Shown in pieces: positions 9,940-20,218 of a stretch of DNA of 64,000 nt (within the stretch, counting starts at the first letter, position 1; each line of letters starts with the position of its first letter). The notes beneath the pieces were generated by a model. It was not told the origin of the DNA. It made no database searches and saw nothing but the letters and a program-made list of their open reading frames with translations. The position numbers were made by a program, and so were the translations under genes. The DNA is from an uncultured Verrucomicrobiae bacterium (GTDB taxonomy: Bacteria; Verrucomicrobiota; Verrucomicrobiia; Limisphaerales; Palsa-1400). Where the stretch lies: assembly GCA_963707025.1 (NCBI GenBank), contig CAVPOM010000018.1:192001-256000 (forward strand), given 5' to 3'.

Positions 9940-11332
9940 GCAAACCTCACAATGGGATTTTGGCGGGGAACTTTTTCCGCCCGAGGCGACGCGGCGCGTT
10001 TTCTCCGTGAGCGAGTTGACGGCCGGCATCCGCCGCGCGCTGGAAAAACAAGTCGGCCAGATTTGGGTCATGGGCGAAATCACCAATTTCCGCCAGCAAA
10101 TGTCCGGCCACATTTATTTCACCCTCAAAGACGCCGGCGCGCAGTTGAGCTGCGTTCTTTTTCGCGGCGACGCGGTGGCCAATCGGGGCGCGCTGGCCGA
10201 CGGGCGCAAGGTGATTCTCAAGGGCGACATCACCGTCTATGAGCCGCGCGGACAATACCAATTGCAGGTGCTGGCCGTGGAACTGCAAGGCGTCGGCGCG
10301 CTCCAGGCCGCCTTTGAAAAATTGAAGGAGAAGCTCGGCGCGGAAGGGCTTTTTGCCCCGGAACGAAAGCGTCCCCTGCCGCGCTTTCCGCAACGCATCG
10401 GCCTGGTCACCTCCCCCACCGGCGCGGCCCTGCGCGATGTTTGCCATGTGATGCAACGCCGCAATCCGACGGTGCAGATCATTTTGGCCCCATGCGCCGT
10501 GCAGGGCGCGGGCGCGGCGGAAGAAATCGCGTCGGCCATCGGCCTGCTCAACGAGTGGTCGCAAAAATCCCCCGGCGCGGTGGACTTGATTCTGGTCACG
10601 CGCGGCGGCGGCAGCCTGGAAGATCTTTGGGCCTTCAACGAGGAAGCGGTGGCCCGCGCCATTTTCCATTCCGCCCTGCCGGTGGTGTCGGCGGTCGGCC
10701 ACGAAATTGATTTCACCATCAGCGATTTCGTGGCCGACTTGCGCGCCGCCACGCCGAGCGCGGCGGCGGAGATTTTGACCGAGGGCGTTTTTGCGGGCGC
10801 GCGCTGGGTGGCGCAAGTTCCGGCGCAACTGGGCGAAAAGGTGAGACGCCGCCTGCTGGGCGAGCGCCGCCACTTTGAGCAATTGACCCGCCGCCTGCAA
10901 ACCGTCCATCCGCGCCGCCAATTGGATCAGCGCCGCCAGCAAGCGGACGAATTGCAACTGGCCGTATCGCGCGGCGCGCGGCGTCAACTGCAAAAACTGC
11001 GCCAGGCCTGGCAAACCCGGCGCGAGCGGCTGGCCCGCGTCCGTCCCAGCCGGATGCTGGCCCTCCGCCGTGAGTCGCTTGACCGCCAGCAACACCGCCT
11101 GCGCGAGGAGACGCGCCGGTGTCTGCAAAATTTGCGCCAGCGCGCCGCGTCGCTCACCGCCCGCCTGCGGTTGCTCGGCCCGGAGCAGGTGCTGGCCCGC
11201 GGCTACTCCATCACCCTGGACGCCGCCAGCGGCCGCGTCCTCCGCGCCGCCGCCGAAACCGCTCCCGGCCAAAAGTTGGCCACGCGTTTGAAAAAGGGCG
11301 TAGTGAACAGCACCGTGACTGGACAATCTTAG
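9932..11332 (+). CDS. xseA: Exodeoxyribonuclease VII large subunit
   Basis: SGHIYFTLKD, VTSPTGAALRD, RGGGSLEDLWAFNEE, VGHEIDFTISDFVADLRAATPSAAAE, LARGYS. Confidence 0.96.
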   Translation: MPKQTSQWDFGGELFPPEATRRVFSVSELTAGIRRALEKQVGQIWVMGEITNFRQQMSGHIYFTLKDAGAQLSCVLFRGDAVANRGALADGRKVILKGDITVYEPRGQYQLQVLAVELQGVGALQAAFEKLKEKLGAEGLFAPERKRPLPRFPQRIGLVTSPTGAALRDVCHVMQRRNPTVQIILAPCAVQGAGAAEEIASAIGLLNEWSQKSPGAVDLILVTRGGGSLEDLWAFNEEAVARAIFHSALPVVSAVGHEIDFTISDFVADLRAATPSAAAEILTEGVFAGARWVAQVPAQLGEKVRRRLLGERRHFEQLTRRLQTVHPRRQLDQRRQQADELQLAVSRGARRQLQKLRQAWQTRRERLARVRPSRMLALRRESLDRQQHRLREETRRCLQNLRQRAASLTARLRLLGPEQVLARGYSITLDAASGRVLRAAAETAPGQKLATRLKKGVVNSTVTGQS

Positions 11333-11354
11333 AGCTTATCCGTAACCGAGTTGC

Positions 11355-11424
11355 TGTAGCGGCGGTCTATGAGCGCCGCAATGAAAAACCGCGAAAGATG
11401 CGGCGGTCATGGAGCGCCGCCACA
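11355..11424. repeat. REP-like inverted doublet (GTAG family)
   Basis: tgtagcggcggtctatgagcgccgc ... gcggcggtcatggagcgccgccaca; related copy at 56848-56874. Confidence 0.75.
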
Positions 11425-11443
11425 ATCGCCAGATAATCAAAAC

Positions 11444-11815
11444 TCACTCCGTACCGGCCACTATTGTTGTAGTGGCCACAAACCGATGGCCGATTTGGTC
11501 CACCATCACGCCAAAACCTTCCAAAGTTCTCACGCCGAGCAAAGTCATGTCGCCGGGTTCCGCAAAGACCACTTCATCGTTGGTTTCGTAGCCCTCGGCG
11601 CTCAGGATGGCGTAGCCAACTTCCCGCTCGACCTTCTGCTGCGTGGCCATGGCAATTATCCGCTTCCGGCGCGGCGTGATGCCGGCCCCTTTCAAAACCT
11701 CTCCTGGAAGCCAGGTGAGTTCTGAGCCGCTGTCCACCACAGCCTCCAACGGCTTGGTGGCCAGTTCCTCGCGCTTGGGATTGCGGGCGATGACATTGAC
11801 TTTGAACATGCTCAT
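11444..11815 (-). CDS. Clan AA (retropepsin-like) aspartic protease
   Basis: VVDSGSELTW catalytic motif and LLGVRTLEGFG C-terminal motif; preceded by TTGCCA-16-TAGTCT-7-ATG. Confidence 0.85.
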   Translation of the reverse strand: MSMFKVNVIARNPKREELATKPLEAVVDSGSELTWLPGEVLKGAGITPRRKRIIAMATQQKVEREVGYAILSAEGYETNDEVVFAEPGDMTLLGVRTLEGFGVMVDQIGHRFVATTTIVAGTE

Positions 11816-11952
11816 GGTTGTAAGACTATCCCATTTGCCCTTCCTGGCAAGCCGGGAAGACCATCCCGCCGATCAGCCGAAAGTTGGTTTTTGCGGTGGC
11901 GACGAAATAATTAAAACTGTTTTTCCGGGGAAATTCGTGCTTTGTTGAGGGC

Positions 11953-12573
11953 ATGACGTTGCCGTCACGATTTGGAAAATCGCCCCGCGCCGCCCCCGGT
12001 TTTTCCCTGGTCGAACTCCTCTGCGTGCTGGTCATCCTCATTATCCTGGCCACCATGTTGGACAGCCGTTTGGCCGGCTCCCGCCGCCGCACTGCCCAGG
12101 AATTGTGCCGCAAGAATCTACAGACCATTTATCTCGCCATGACCCTCTACGCCGAGGACAATCATGGCACCTTTCCCTTCCTGAAAGAGGCCGCCGTTTC
12201 AGCGGGGCCCCTCAGCCTGCTCGTGCCCCGCGGCACCACCGAAACCGCCATCTTCATCTGCCCGGGCAGCCGCGACAAGGCGCTGCCCGAAGGCGAACCC
12301 TTCGCCCAGCGCCGCATCAGTTACGCCTATTACATGGGCCGCTCCACCAACCGCAGCGCCAACGTCATGCTGTCGGACTGGCAGGTCAACAACCTGCCCA
12401 AAAGCAAAGGCCAGCCGCTCTTCTCCCCCGACGGCAAAAAGCCGGCCAACAACCACGACAAGGACGGCGGCAATCTTCTTCTTGGCAGCGGCGAGGCCAT
12501 CAGTTCCGGCACCAATGCGCCGCAGGACCTGCCCGTTCCGCCCGGCATCACCCTCTTGAATCCCCTGCCATGA
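11953..12573 (+). CDS. Prepilin-type N-terminal cleavage/methylation domain protein
   Basis: GFSLVELLCVLVILIILA; C..NL..I.LA..LYA; FICP; degenerate H-X9-DG-type motif (NHDKDGGNLLLGSG). Confidence 0.85.
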   Translation: MTLPSRFGKSPRAAPGFSLVELLCVLVILIILATMLDSRLAGSRRRTAQELCRKNLQTIYLAMTLYAEDNHGTFPFLKEAAVSAGPLSLLVPRGTTETAIFICPGSRDKALPEGEPFAQRRISYAYYMGRSTNRSANVMLSDWQVNNLPKSKGQPLFSPDGKKPANNHDKDGGNLLLGSGEAISSGTNAPQDLPVPPGITLLNPLP

Positions 12574-14471
12574 ACGTTAAGATACAATGCTCTTGCGGGA
12601 CCCGTTACTCATTCGAGGTTGAGCCGCTGGACGGCCGCATGCCCTGGACGGTGCAGTGCCCGGCCTGCCACGCCGACGGCACCGGGGCCGCCAACCAGAT
12701 CATCTCCGCTTCCGCGCCGCCAGCGCCGGCCCCGCGCCTGCGCCTCCACGAGACACCTTCCGAAAACCTGCCGCCCGCCGCACCGCGCTCGGAACCGCCT
12801 GCCGCGCCAAAACTCGATCTCGCCGCGTTCAAAGCCCAAAAGCGCCATGCCGAAGAACACGCCTATCGCAAAGGCGCGCGGCTCATGGCCGGCCTGGCCG
12901 CCCTCCTGGCCGCCGGCTTGGGCGGGTGGGCCTGGTATTCCTTCGCCGGCTCCAAACCGCATCTGGCCACCACGCTCAAACTGCCCGGCGACGCGCCCGC
13001 TCAGATCCAGTTCCTCGGACCCGGCAAGATTCTCATTGCCACCGCCAATGAAGCCAGCGTGCGCGATCTCTCCCTGGAGAAAGTCCTTTGGTCCGCCAAG
13101 CTGTCCGACGCCGCCTCCCCCATGGGCGCGCCGCCGGTTTTTGCCGACCATGACAAACTCTGGATTTGCCTGGGAGATCAGGTCAAATGTTTGGACGCAG
13201 CGACCGGGATAATTCAACAAACCATTCCCATCACCGGTCAGTTCGTCAGTTTCACCCCGGCCGGCCCCAGCCTCCTCGTGGTCTCCGCCCCGGATGAGAC
13301 ACGGCGCATCGCCCTCCACATCGAGCTGGCCACCGGCGCGGTTTCCAGCCAGGAAATCACCGTCCCGCGCAAGGAAAAGCAGACCCTGCCCAACGATCTT
13401 CCGCCCAACGTCCTGCCCACCGCCGCCGTCTTGACGGCCCAAATTCTGGAGGAGCAAAAATTCAACAAACCGCTCGACGCCATGAGCAGCGAGTTTTTTG
13501 CGGCGGGAAAAAATCTTGTCGAACTGCGCGTCAAATTGCTCGAAGCCAAAGTCACCTACGTCCCTAGCATCAAGCCCCCCGGCGCGCCGCATCTCAACGG
13601 GCAAACCACCGCCGGGTCCAGCCCCGGCGTGATTGGCGAGGAAATTTTCAACGACCTCAAGCGCAGCCAGACCGGCGGGGTGCGTCCGGTGGATGAGAGC
13701 CGTTATGAAGTGCGCCTGCGCCGCTGGATCGAAGCGGAGCCGGTGGAATGGAAGGGCGAAGCCACCGGCGCGCCCTCCTTCTTTCCCCTCGCCAGCGTGG
13801 ACCTGTTGGTGGCGGGCCAGAGTCTGGCCGTTTTCGACAAGGAAAATCACAAGTTGTTTGACAGCCAGCTTAGTTACCCGGTGAGCGAGCGCTTCACCAC
13901 CGGCGACCTGGCCGGACACCTCATGCCCGCCGCCGATCGCGCCAACACACTTTACTTTTTTGACCAGGGCGTCCTCACCGCCTTTTCCCTCCCGGACGGC
14001 CAGGTGCGCTGGCGTCTGACCAGCTTTGGCATCAGCGCCATCCAATTCGACGACCAGGGCATGCTCTACGTGGATTCCACCGCCGCCGGCCCGGACGACA
14101 TCAAGTATGCCAACACCATCAGCTTTGAAAAAATCCCTTCCGTCCTGCTCAAGGTGGATGCGGCCTCCGGCAAAATCCTGTGGAAAGCCGAGCAACGCGG
14201 CGAACGCACCATAGTCTCCGGCAAGTTCCTTTACTGCGAGAGCGTGCAGCAAGGTGGCGCTGGCCTCGCCGCCGCCTTGAGCGACGCCCTCAACCAGCCG
14301 CCCGGCGAAGGCCCCGTCTATTTTCATCTTTACAGAATGGACCCCGCCACCGGCGAGGCCCTCTGGAGCCTTTACCGCGAGCAACGCCCCCGGAATTTGG
14401 TCATTGAGGGCAACCGCATCCTCCTCCGTTTCGGCAACGACCTCGAGTTGTTCAAATTCCTGGCCTTTTAG
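12570..14471 (+). CDS. Membrane-anchored PQQ-like beta-propeller protein with N-terminal Zn-ribbon
   Basis: CSCG...CPAC N-terminus, Pro-rich linker, one TM helix, repeated D..TG..LW motifs; ATGA overlap with the upstream gene. Confidence 0.7.
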   Translation: MNVKIQCSCGTRYSFEVEPLDGRMPWTVQCPACHADGTGAANQIISASAPPAPAPRLRLHETPSENLPPAAPRSEPPAAPKLDLAAFKAQKRHAEEHAYRKGARLMAGLAALLAAGLGGWAWYSFAGSKPHLATTLKLPGDAPAQIQFLGPGKILIATANEASVRDLSLEKVLWSAKLSDAASPMGAPPVFADHDKLWICLGDQVKCLDAATGIIQQTIPITGQFVSFTPAGPSLLVVSAPDETRRIALHIELATGAVSSQEITVPRKEKQTLPNDLPPNVLPTAAVLTAQILEEQKFNKPLDAMSSEFFAAGKNLVELRVKLLEAKVTYVPSIKPPGAPHLNGQTTAGSSPGVIGEEIFNDLKRSQTGGVRPVDESRYEVRLRRWIEAEPVEWKGEATGAPSFFPLASVDLLVAGQSLAVFDKENHKLFDSQLSYPVSERFTTGDLAGHLMPAADRANTLYFFDQGVLTAFSLPDGQVRWRLTSFGISAIQFDDQGMLYVDSTAAGPDDIKYANTISFEKIPSVLLKVDAASGKILWKAEQRGERTIVSGKFLYCESVQQGGAGLAAALSDALNQPPGEGPVYFHLYRMDPATGEALWSLYREQRPRNLVIEGNRILLRFGNDLELFKFLAF

Positions 14472-14580
14472 AGCGGTTTCACAAATACCGAGGCCGCGCC
14501 GGCGCGACCTCTCCCCGGAAGCGGGGATGAACCGGGCCGGGCGCCCCAGGCGCAAGGCTGCCTCCGGGTCGCGCAGGCAA

Positions 14581-17500
14581 TCACGGGCGGAGCTGGATGA
14601 GGAGGTCTTTGCTGGCGACGGTTTCGCCGACTTGGGCGAAGAGGGCCTGGACGGCGCCGTCGGAGCTGGCGTAGAGGGTGCTTTGCATTTTCATGGCTTC
14701 CAAGGTGAGGAGTTTGTCGCCTTTTTTCACCTTGCTGCCCACGCTGACGGCCAGGGCGGTGAGGAGGCCGGGAATGGGCGCGCCGATTTGCCAGGGGTCG
14801 GACGGGTCGGCCTTGGGACGGGTCCTGGCCTTGACCTGGGCGGTCTTGTCAAGTATGGAGGCCTCGCGGGTCATGCCGTTGAGTTCGAAGGTGACGATGC
14901 GGCGGCCATCCTTGTCCACCGCGCCCAGGTGGATGAGCTTGATGAAAAGGGTCTTGCCCGCCTCGATGTCCACGGAGATTTCCTCGCCGGGCTTGAGCCC
15001 GTAGAAAAAGGCGCTGGTGGGGAGGACGGCCAGGTCGCTGTAGTCGCGCTCGAATTTGGCGTATTCGGCGAAGACTTCGGGGTACATGAGATGGCTGTAG
15101 AGATCGTCCGGGGTGGCGTCGCGCTTGAGTTTGAGGGTGAGTTGGTCCTGGATTTTTTTGAGGTGGAGCGGCTTGAGCCTGGCGCCGGGACGGCCGCGAA
15201 TGGGTTGGCGGCGGCCGAGGACGACTTTTTGCAGGCGGCGGGGCCAGCCGCCCAGGGGCTGGCCGAGTTGGCCGCCGAGCATGTCAATAACAGAGGCGGG
15301 GAAGGGGACGCTGCCGGGCTCAAGATTGAGAAGGTCGGCGGGATTGATGCCCCGGCTGATGAGGAACATGGCCAGGTCGCCCACGACTTTGCTGCTGGGG
15401 GTGACTTTAACGATGTCGCCCAGAAGCTGGTTGACCTGGGCGTAGGTGCGGGCGATTTCGGGCCAGCGCTGGGCCAGGCCCATGCTGGCGGCTTGTTCTT
15501 TGAGGTTGGTGTATTGGCCGCCGGGCATTTCGTGGTCATAGACTTCGGCGCTGCCGCTGCGCGGGGCGGTGTCGAAGGGGGCGTAAGCCAGGCAAACTTT
15601 TTCCCAGTAATCGGAGAATTCGTTGAGGGCGGCCAGGTCCAGGCCGGTGTCGCGGGGGGTGTGGCGCAAGGCGGCGACCAGGGAGTTGAGGTTGGGCTGG
15701 CTGGTGGAACCGCTCATGGCGGCAATGGCCAGATCCACCACGTCCGCGCCCGCCTCGGCGGCTTTGAGGACGGAAGCGGCATTGACGCCGCTGGTGTCGT
15801 GAGTGTGGAAATGCAGGGGCAGGGCGATTTCCTCCTTGAGCGCCTTGACCAGGGTGTAGGCGGCATAGGGGCGGCACAAACCGGCCATGTCCTTGATGGC
15901 GAGGAAATGAGCGCCCATTTTTTCCAGTTGCCGGGCCAGCTTGACGTAGTATTTGAGGGAGTATTTGGCGCGGCGGGGATCATGGATGTCGCCGGTGTAG
16001 CAGATGGCGGCTTCGCAGATGGCGTGGGTTTGCCGGACCGCCTCGATGGCGACTTGGAGATTGGGGGTGTAGTTGAGGGAATCGAAGATGCGGAAGATAT
16101 CAATGCCGGAAGCCGCGGCATGTTTGACAAAGCCGGCGACGACGTTGTCGGGATAATTGGAATAGCCGACGGCGTTGGCGCCACGGAGCAGCATCTGGAA
16201 ACAGATGTTGGGGATTTTTTGGCGCAAGAGGCGGAGGCGGTCCCACGGGTCTTCGCGGAGGAAGCGCATGGCGGTGTCGAAGGTGGCGCCGCCCCACATT
16301 TCCAGGCTGAAGAGTTGCGGGGTGCGCCGGGCCAGGGCGTCGGCGATGGCGAGCATGTCGTAGGTGCGCAAGCGGGTGGCGAGGAGGGATTGGTGGGCGT
16401 CGCGGAAAGTGGTGTCGGTGACGAGGAGTCTTTTTTGGGCGAGGGTCCAGCGGGCGAAGCGGCGCGGCCCCAGTTGCAGGAGCAGTTGGCGGGTGCCGGG
16501 CGGGGGTGCTTGTTTGCGGTCGTGGGGCGGCGGAGTGACCGCAGGCAAGGGGGCCTGGAGGGACTGTCCCTTGGCCTGGGGGTTGCCGTTGACAATGACA
16601 TCGCCGAGGAAGGCGAGGAGTTTGGTGGCGCGGTCGCGGCGGGAGGCGAAGGCAAAGAGGCCGGGCGAGGTGTCAATCAGGTTGGTGGTGGCGCGACCGG
16701 AGCGGAATTCGGGGTGGGCGATGACGTTTTCGAGGAAGGGAATGTTAGTCTTGACGCCGCGGATGCGAAATTCGCGCAGGGCGCGGTCCATGCGCACCAA
16801 GGCGAGGTCGAAATCGCGCCCGAAGGCGGTGATCTTGACGAGGAGGGAATCGTAAAAGGGGGTGATGACCGCGCCGGCATAGCCCATGCCGCCGTCCAGG
16901 CGCACGCCATAGCCGCCGGTGGAGCGGTAGGTGAGGATCTTGCCGTAGTCAGGGGTGAATTTATTTTCCGGATCCTCGGTGGTGACGCGGCATTGCACGG
17001 CATAGCCGTGGCGGGGAATGTCGCGGCCGGGCGGCAGGTTGATTTCGGGGCTGTGGAGGGAGAGGCCCTGGGCGACGAGGATTTGCGAACGAACCAGGTC
17101 CACCCCGGTGACAACTTCGGTGACGGTGTGCTCGACCTGGATGCGTGGGTTGACTTCGATGAAGAACCATTGGCGGCGGTCGAGGTCATAGAGGAATTCG
17201 ACGGTGCCGGCATTGTCATACTGGACCGCGCGGCCCAGGCGGACGGCGGCCTGGCACAAGTCGCGCCGGACGGAATCGTCCAGGGCGAAGGCGGGGGCGA
17301 TTTCGATGACTTTCTGGTGGCGGCGCTGGACCGAACAATCCCGTTCGTGGAGGTGGACGACGTTGCCGTAGTGGTCGCCGAGAATCTGCACCTCGATGTG
17401 TTTGGCGCGGGGGATGTATTTTTCCAGGAAGACGGCGGGGTTGCCGAAGGCGCGGCCGGCTTCGTCGCGGGCTTCATCGAGGAGGCGGGCGAGGTCGGCG

Positions 17501-18102
17501 GGTTTATGCGCCACTCTCATGCCGCGGCCGCCGCCGCCGAAGGCCGCCTTAATGATGAGTGGAAAGCCGATTTGGCGGGCAATCCGGAGCGCCTGGGCGC
17601 GGCCGGCCACGGCCTGCTCCGTGCCGGGGAGGATGGGAACGTTGAGTTTTTGGGCGAGGGCGCGGGCGGCGGTTTTGTCGCCCATCATGGCCAGGATGTC
17701 CGGGCGCGGGCCGACGAATTGGATGCCGGCCTGGGCGCAAGCGCGGGCGAAGCCGGCGTTTTCGGCGAGGAATCCGTAGCCGGGATGGATGAGGTCCACT
17801 TGCCTTTCCTTGGCCAGGGCGACGATGCCCGGGATGTCGAGGTAAGCGCCGACGGGCCCTTGGTTTTCTCCGATGAGATAGGCTTCATCGGCCTTGAAGC
17901 GGTGGATGCTAAGGCGGTCTTCCTGGGCGTAAATGGCGACGGTGCGCAAACCCAATTCGGTGGCGGCGCGAAAAACGCGGATGGAAATTTCGCTGCGATT
18001 GGCCACAAGCAATTTTTTGAAGGAACGGCGCGGCGGGGGCGCGCCGGCCCCGGCGGCGGGAGCGTCGGACGGTTCTGCGGCATGGAGCGGATGGCTCATC
18101 AT
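14581..18102 (-). CDS. pyc: Pyruvate carboxylase
   Basis: LVANRSEI biotin carboxylase domain, ERDCSVQRRHQK, RDAHQSLLATR, HTHDTSG, EAMKM biotinyl motif; start moved to the MMSHP ATG. Confidence 0.97.
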   Translation of the reverse strand: MMSHPLHAAEPSDAPAAGAGAPPPRRSFKKLLVANRSEISIRVFRAATELGLRTVAIYAQEDRLSIHRFKADEAYLIGENQGPVGAYLDIPGIVALAKERQVDLIHPGYGFLAENAGFARACAQAGIQFVGPRPDILAMMGDKTAARALAQKLNVPILPGTEQAVAGRAQALRIARQIGFPLIIKAAFGGGGRGMRVAHKPADLARLLDEARDEAGRAFGNPAVFLEKYIPRAKHIEVQILGDHYGNVVHLHERDCSVQRRHQKVIEIAPAFALDDSVRRDLCQAAVRLGRAVQYDNAGTVEFLYDLDRRQWFFIEVNPRIQVEHTVTEVVTGVDLVRSQILVAQGLSLHSPEINLPPGRDIPRHGYAVQCRVTTEDPENKFTPDYGKILTYRSTGGYGVRLDGGMGYAGAVITPFYDSLLVKITAFGRDFDLALVRMDRALREFRIRGVKTNIPFLENVIAHPEFRSGRATTNLIDTSPGLFAFASRRDRATKLLAFLGDVIVNGNPQAKGQSLQAPLPAVTPPPHDRKQAPPPGTRQLLLQLGPRRFARWTLAQKRLLVTDTTFRDAHQSLLATRLRTYDMLAIADALARRTPQLFSLEMWGGATFDTAMRFLREDPWDRLRLLRQKIPNICFQMLLRGANAVGYSNYPDNVVAGFVKHAAASGIDIFRIFDSLNYTPNLQVAIEAVRQTHAICEAAICYTGDIHDPRRAKYSLKYYVKLARQLEKMGAHFLAIKDMAGLCRPYAAYTLVKALKEEIALPLHFHTHDTSGVNAASVLKAAEAGADVVDLAIAAMSGSTSQPNLNSLVAALRHTPRDTGLDLAALNEFSDYWEKVCLAYAPFDTAPRSGSAEVYDHEMPGGQYTNLKEQAASMGLAQRWPEIARTYAQVNQLLGDIVKVTPSSKVVGDLAMFLISRGINPADLLNLEPGSVPFPASVIDMLGGQLGQPLGGWPRRLQKVVLGRRQPIRGRPGARLKPLHLKKIQDQLTLKLKRDATPDDLYSHLMYPEVFAEYAKFERDYSDLAVLPTSAFFYGLKPGEEISVDIEAGKTLFIKLIHLGAVDKDGRRIVTFELNGMTREASILDKTAQVKARTRPKADPSDPWQIGAPIPGLLTALAVSVGSKVKKGDKLLTLEAMKMQSTLYASSDGAVQALFAQVGETVASKDLLIQLRP

Positions 18103-18207
18103 TGGGGCGACGGTATAGCGGGCGGCGGCGCGGGTGGAAAGAGCAAAGTGGAAGGGCGGGGCGGTTTTGGGTTGAAAAGGAGGAGGGGGTTGTAGTTTGA
18201 TTCTGTG

Positions 18208-19779
18208 ATGAAATACCGCCTTGCCAAACTTTGGCTGATTCCCTGTTTCGCCGCCGCCGTTTTTTCGGCGGACGGGCAGGACCATGGGGCGATGGTCAAT
18301 GCCCTGCTGCAACTCAAGGCCGATCAACCCGGGTCGGTGATCAACCGCCACCAGTACGGACAGTTTGCCGAACATCTTGGGCACGGCATTTATGGCGGAT
18401 TGTGGGTGGGGGAGAATTCGACCATCCCCAACACGCGCGGCATCCGCAGTGACGTGGTGGCGGCGCTGAAGAAGATGGGCATCCCGGTGCTGCGCTGGCC
18501 GGGGGGCTGTTTCGCCGACGAATATCATTGGCGGGACGGCATCGGCCCGCGGGAGAAGCGGCCCAAAATGATCAACACCACCTGGGGCGGGGTGGTGGAG
18601 GTCAACGCCTTCGGCACCCACGAGTTCATGGATTTGTGCGGGCAATTGGGCTGCGACGCTTATGTCTGCGGCAATGTGGGCAGCGGCACGCCGCAGGAAA
18701 TGATGGAGTGGGTGGAATACATGACCTCGGACACCGACTCGACCATCGCCAATCAGCGCCGGCAAAACGGGCGGGAGAAGGCGTGGAAGCTGGCCTATTT
18801 CGGCGTGGGCAACGAGAACTGGGGCTGCGGCGGGAACATGCGGCCGGAGTATTACGCGGACCTTTTCCGGCGCTACAACACGTTTGTCAAAAATTACGGG
18901 GCCAACAAACCCTACCGCATCGCCAGCGGCGCGGATGGGGGCGACTTGAACTGGACGACGGTGCTGATGAACCAGGCCGGCTCGCAGATGGACGGCCTCT
19001 CGGTGCATAATTACACCCTGCCCTCGGGCAGTTGGACCGGCCCCAAAGGGTCCGCGACCGACTTTGGCGAGGAGGCCTGGATCACCCAGTTATCCAGGAC
19101 GCTGGGGATGGACGGAATTCTTTCCCGGCACTCGGCCATTATGGACCGCACCGACCCGAAGAAACGGGTCGGGCTGATCGTGGATGAATGGGGGTCCTGG
19201 TATGATGTGGAGCCGGGCACCAACCCGGGCTTTCTTTACCAGCAAAACACCCTGCGCGACGCGCTGCTGGCGGCGCTCAATTTCAACATTTTTCACAGGC
19301 ACGCCGACCGCGTGCCCATGGCCAACATCGCGCAGATGGTCAACGTCCTCCAGTCCATGGTATTGACAGACGGCCCGAAGATGACGGTCACGCCCACCTA
19401 CTGGGTTTTTGAAATGTACAAAGTCCACCAGGACGCGACTTATCTGCCCGTGGCGGTGGTGACGCCCGATTACAAGTTTGGCGACCGGACCATCCCGATG
19501 GTGGACGCGACGGCCTCGCGCGACGCCGCGGGCAAGACGCATCTTTCGCTGGTGAATGTGGACCCGCACGCCGCCGTCATGGTCTCGTGCGAATTGCGCG
19601 GCCTGGCGGCCAAATCGGTGTCCGGCCGCATCCTGACGGCGCCGGAAATAAATTCTCACAACACTTTCGATGCGCCCAACGCCGTCGCGCCGCAGCCTTT
19701 CATTGGCGCGTCCCTGGCGGAGGGCAGGCTTTCGGTGAAACTGCCCGCCAAGTCGGTGGTGGTGCTGGAATTGCTTTAA
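18208..19779 (+). CDS. Alpha-L-arabinofuranosidase (GH51), secreted
   Basis: [47 protein letters not shown]. Confidence 0.95.
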   Translation: MKYRLAKLWLIPCFAAAVFSADGQDHGAMVNALLQLKADQPGSVINRHQYGQFAEHLGHGIYGGLWVGENSTIPNTRGIRSDVVAALKKMGIPVLRWPGGCFADEYHWRDGIGPREKRPKMINTTWGGVVEVNAFGTHEFMDLCGQLGCDAYVCGNVGSGTPQEMMEWVEYMTSDTDSTIANQRRQNGREKAWKLAYFGVGNENWGCGGNMRPEYYADLFRRYNTFVKNYGANKPYRIASGADGGDLNWTTVLMNQAGSQMDGLSVHNYTLPSGSWTGPKGSATDFGEEAWITQLSRTLGMDGILSRHSAIMDRTDPKKRVGLIVDEWGSWYDVEPGTNPGFLYQQNTLRDALLAALNFNIFHRHADRVPMANIAQMVNVLQSMVLTDGPKMTVTPTYWVFEMYKVHQDATYLPVAVVTPDYKFGDRTIPMVDATASRDAAGKTHLSLVNVDPHAAVMVSCELRGLAAKSVSGRILTAPEINSHNTFDAPNAVAPQPFIGASLAEGRLSVKLPAKSVVVLELL

Positions 19780-19883
19780 GTTGCCGATACGAATTTGACC
19801 CGGTGCGACACCGGCGCGGCAAAGGCGTTTTCGGACCGGCGGGCGGCATATTCCCGCAGCAACTCCATGTCATCGTTCATCAT
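19776..19883 (-). pseudogene. N-terminal remnant of an ECF/sigma-70 family sigma factor
   Basis: Manual translation [35 protein letters not shown] resembles the D.ELL..Y....SE.AF..LV.RH start of verrucomicrobial ECF sigma factors. Confidence 0.65.
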
Positions 19884-20001
19884 CACCCTATAAATGCACG
19901 CCGAAGCGGAAATGAGACAATTTTCGTCAACCTTCTCCGGGCGTTAAATAATCGCCCCCGGACTGGCAGGAAGAAACAGAAAAAAGGAATTCAAAGAAAT
20001 G

Positions 20002-20080
20002 GCCGCGAAAAGGCGCAAAAAGCGCAAAAAAACTGAATTCTTTTTCCCCCGGTTTTGCGATTTCTGTGCTTTTTTGCGGC
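20002..20080. repeat. Imperfect inverted repeat built from ~9-mer units
   Basis: gccgcgaaaaggcgcaaaaagcgcaaaaa ... ttttgcgatttctgtgcttttttgcggc; similar unit at 48976-49003. Confidence 0.65.
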
Positions 20081-20106
20081 TGTTCAATTAGCCCTGGAGA
20101 CCACTG

Positions 20107-20218
20107 AATTACCAATGACAAGTACTCGATGGCAAATTCTCAATTATAGGACGGGCGCAATACCTTATTGGGTTCTCAGGATTGAAAATTGCCAATTGAA
20201 AATTTGTCATTGGTAATT
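20107..20218. repeat. AT-rich imperfect inverted repeat between convergent genes
   Basis: aattaccaatgacaa...ggcaaattctcaat / attgaaaattgcc...ttgtcattggtaatt. Confidence 0.7.

Noticed and set aside
14404..18195. 1263-aa plus-strand ORF
   Set aside because: Antisense shadow of pyruvate carboxylase produced by GC-rich codon bias; no recognisable motifs.
18103..19008. N-terminal 300-aa extension of pyc in the ORF track
   Set aside because: It is the antisense of GH51; Pyc homology starts near 18020.
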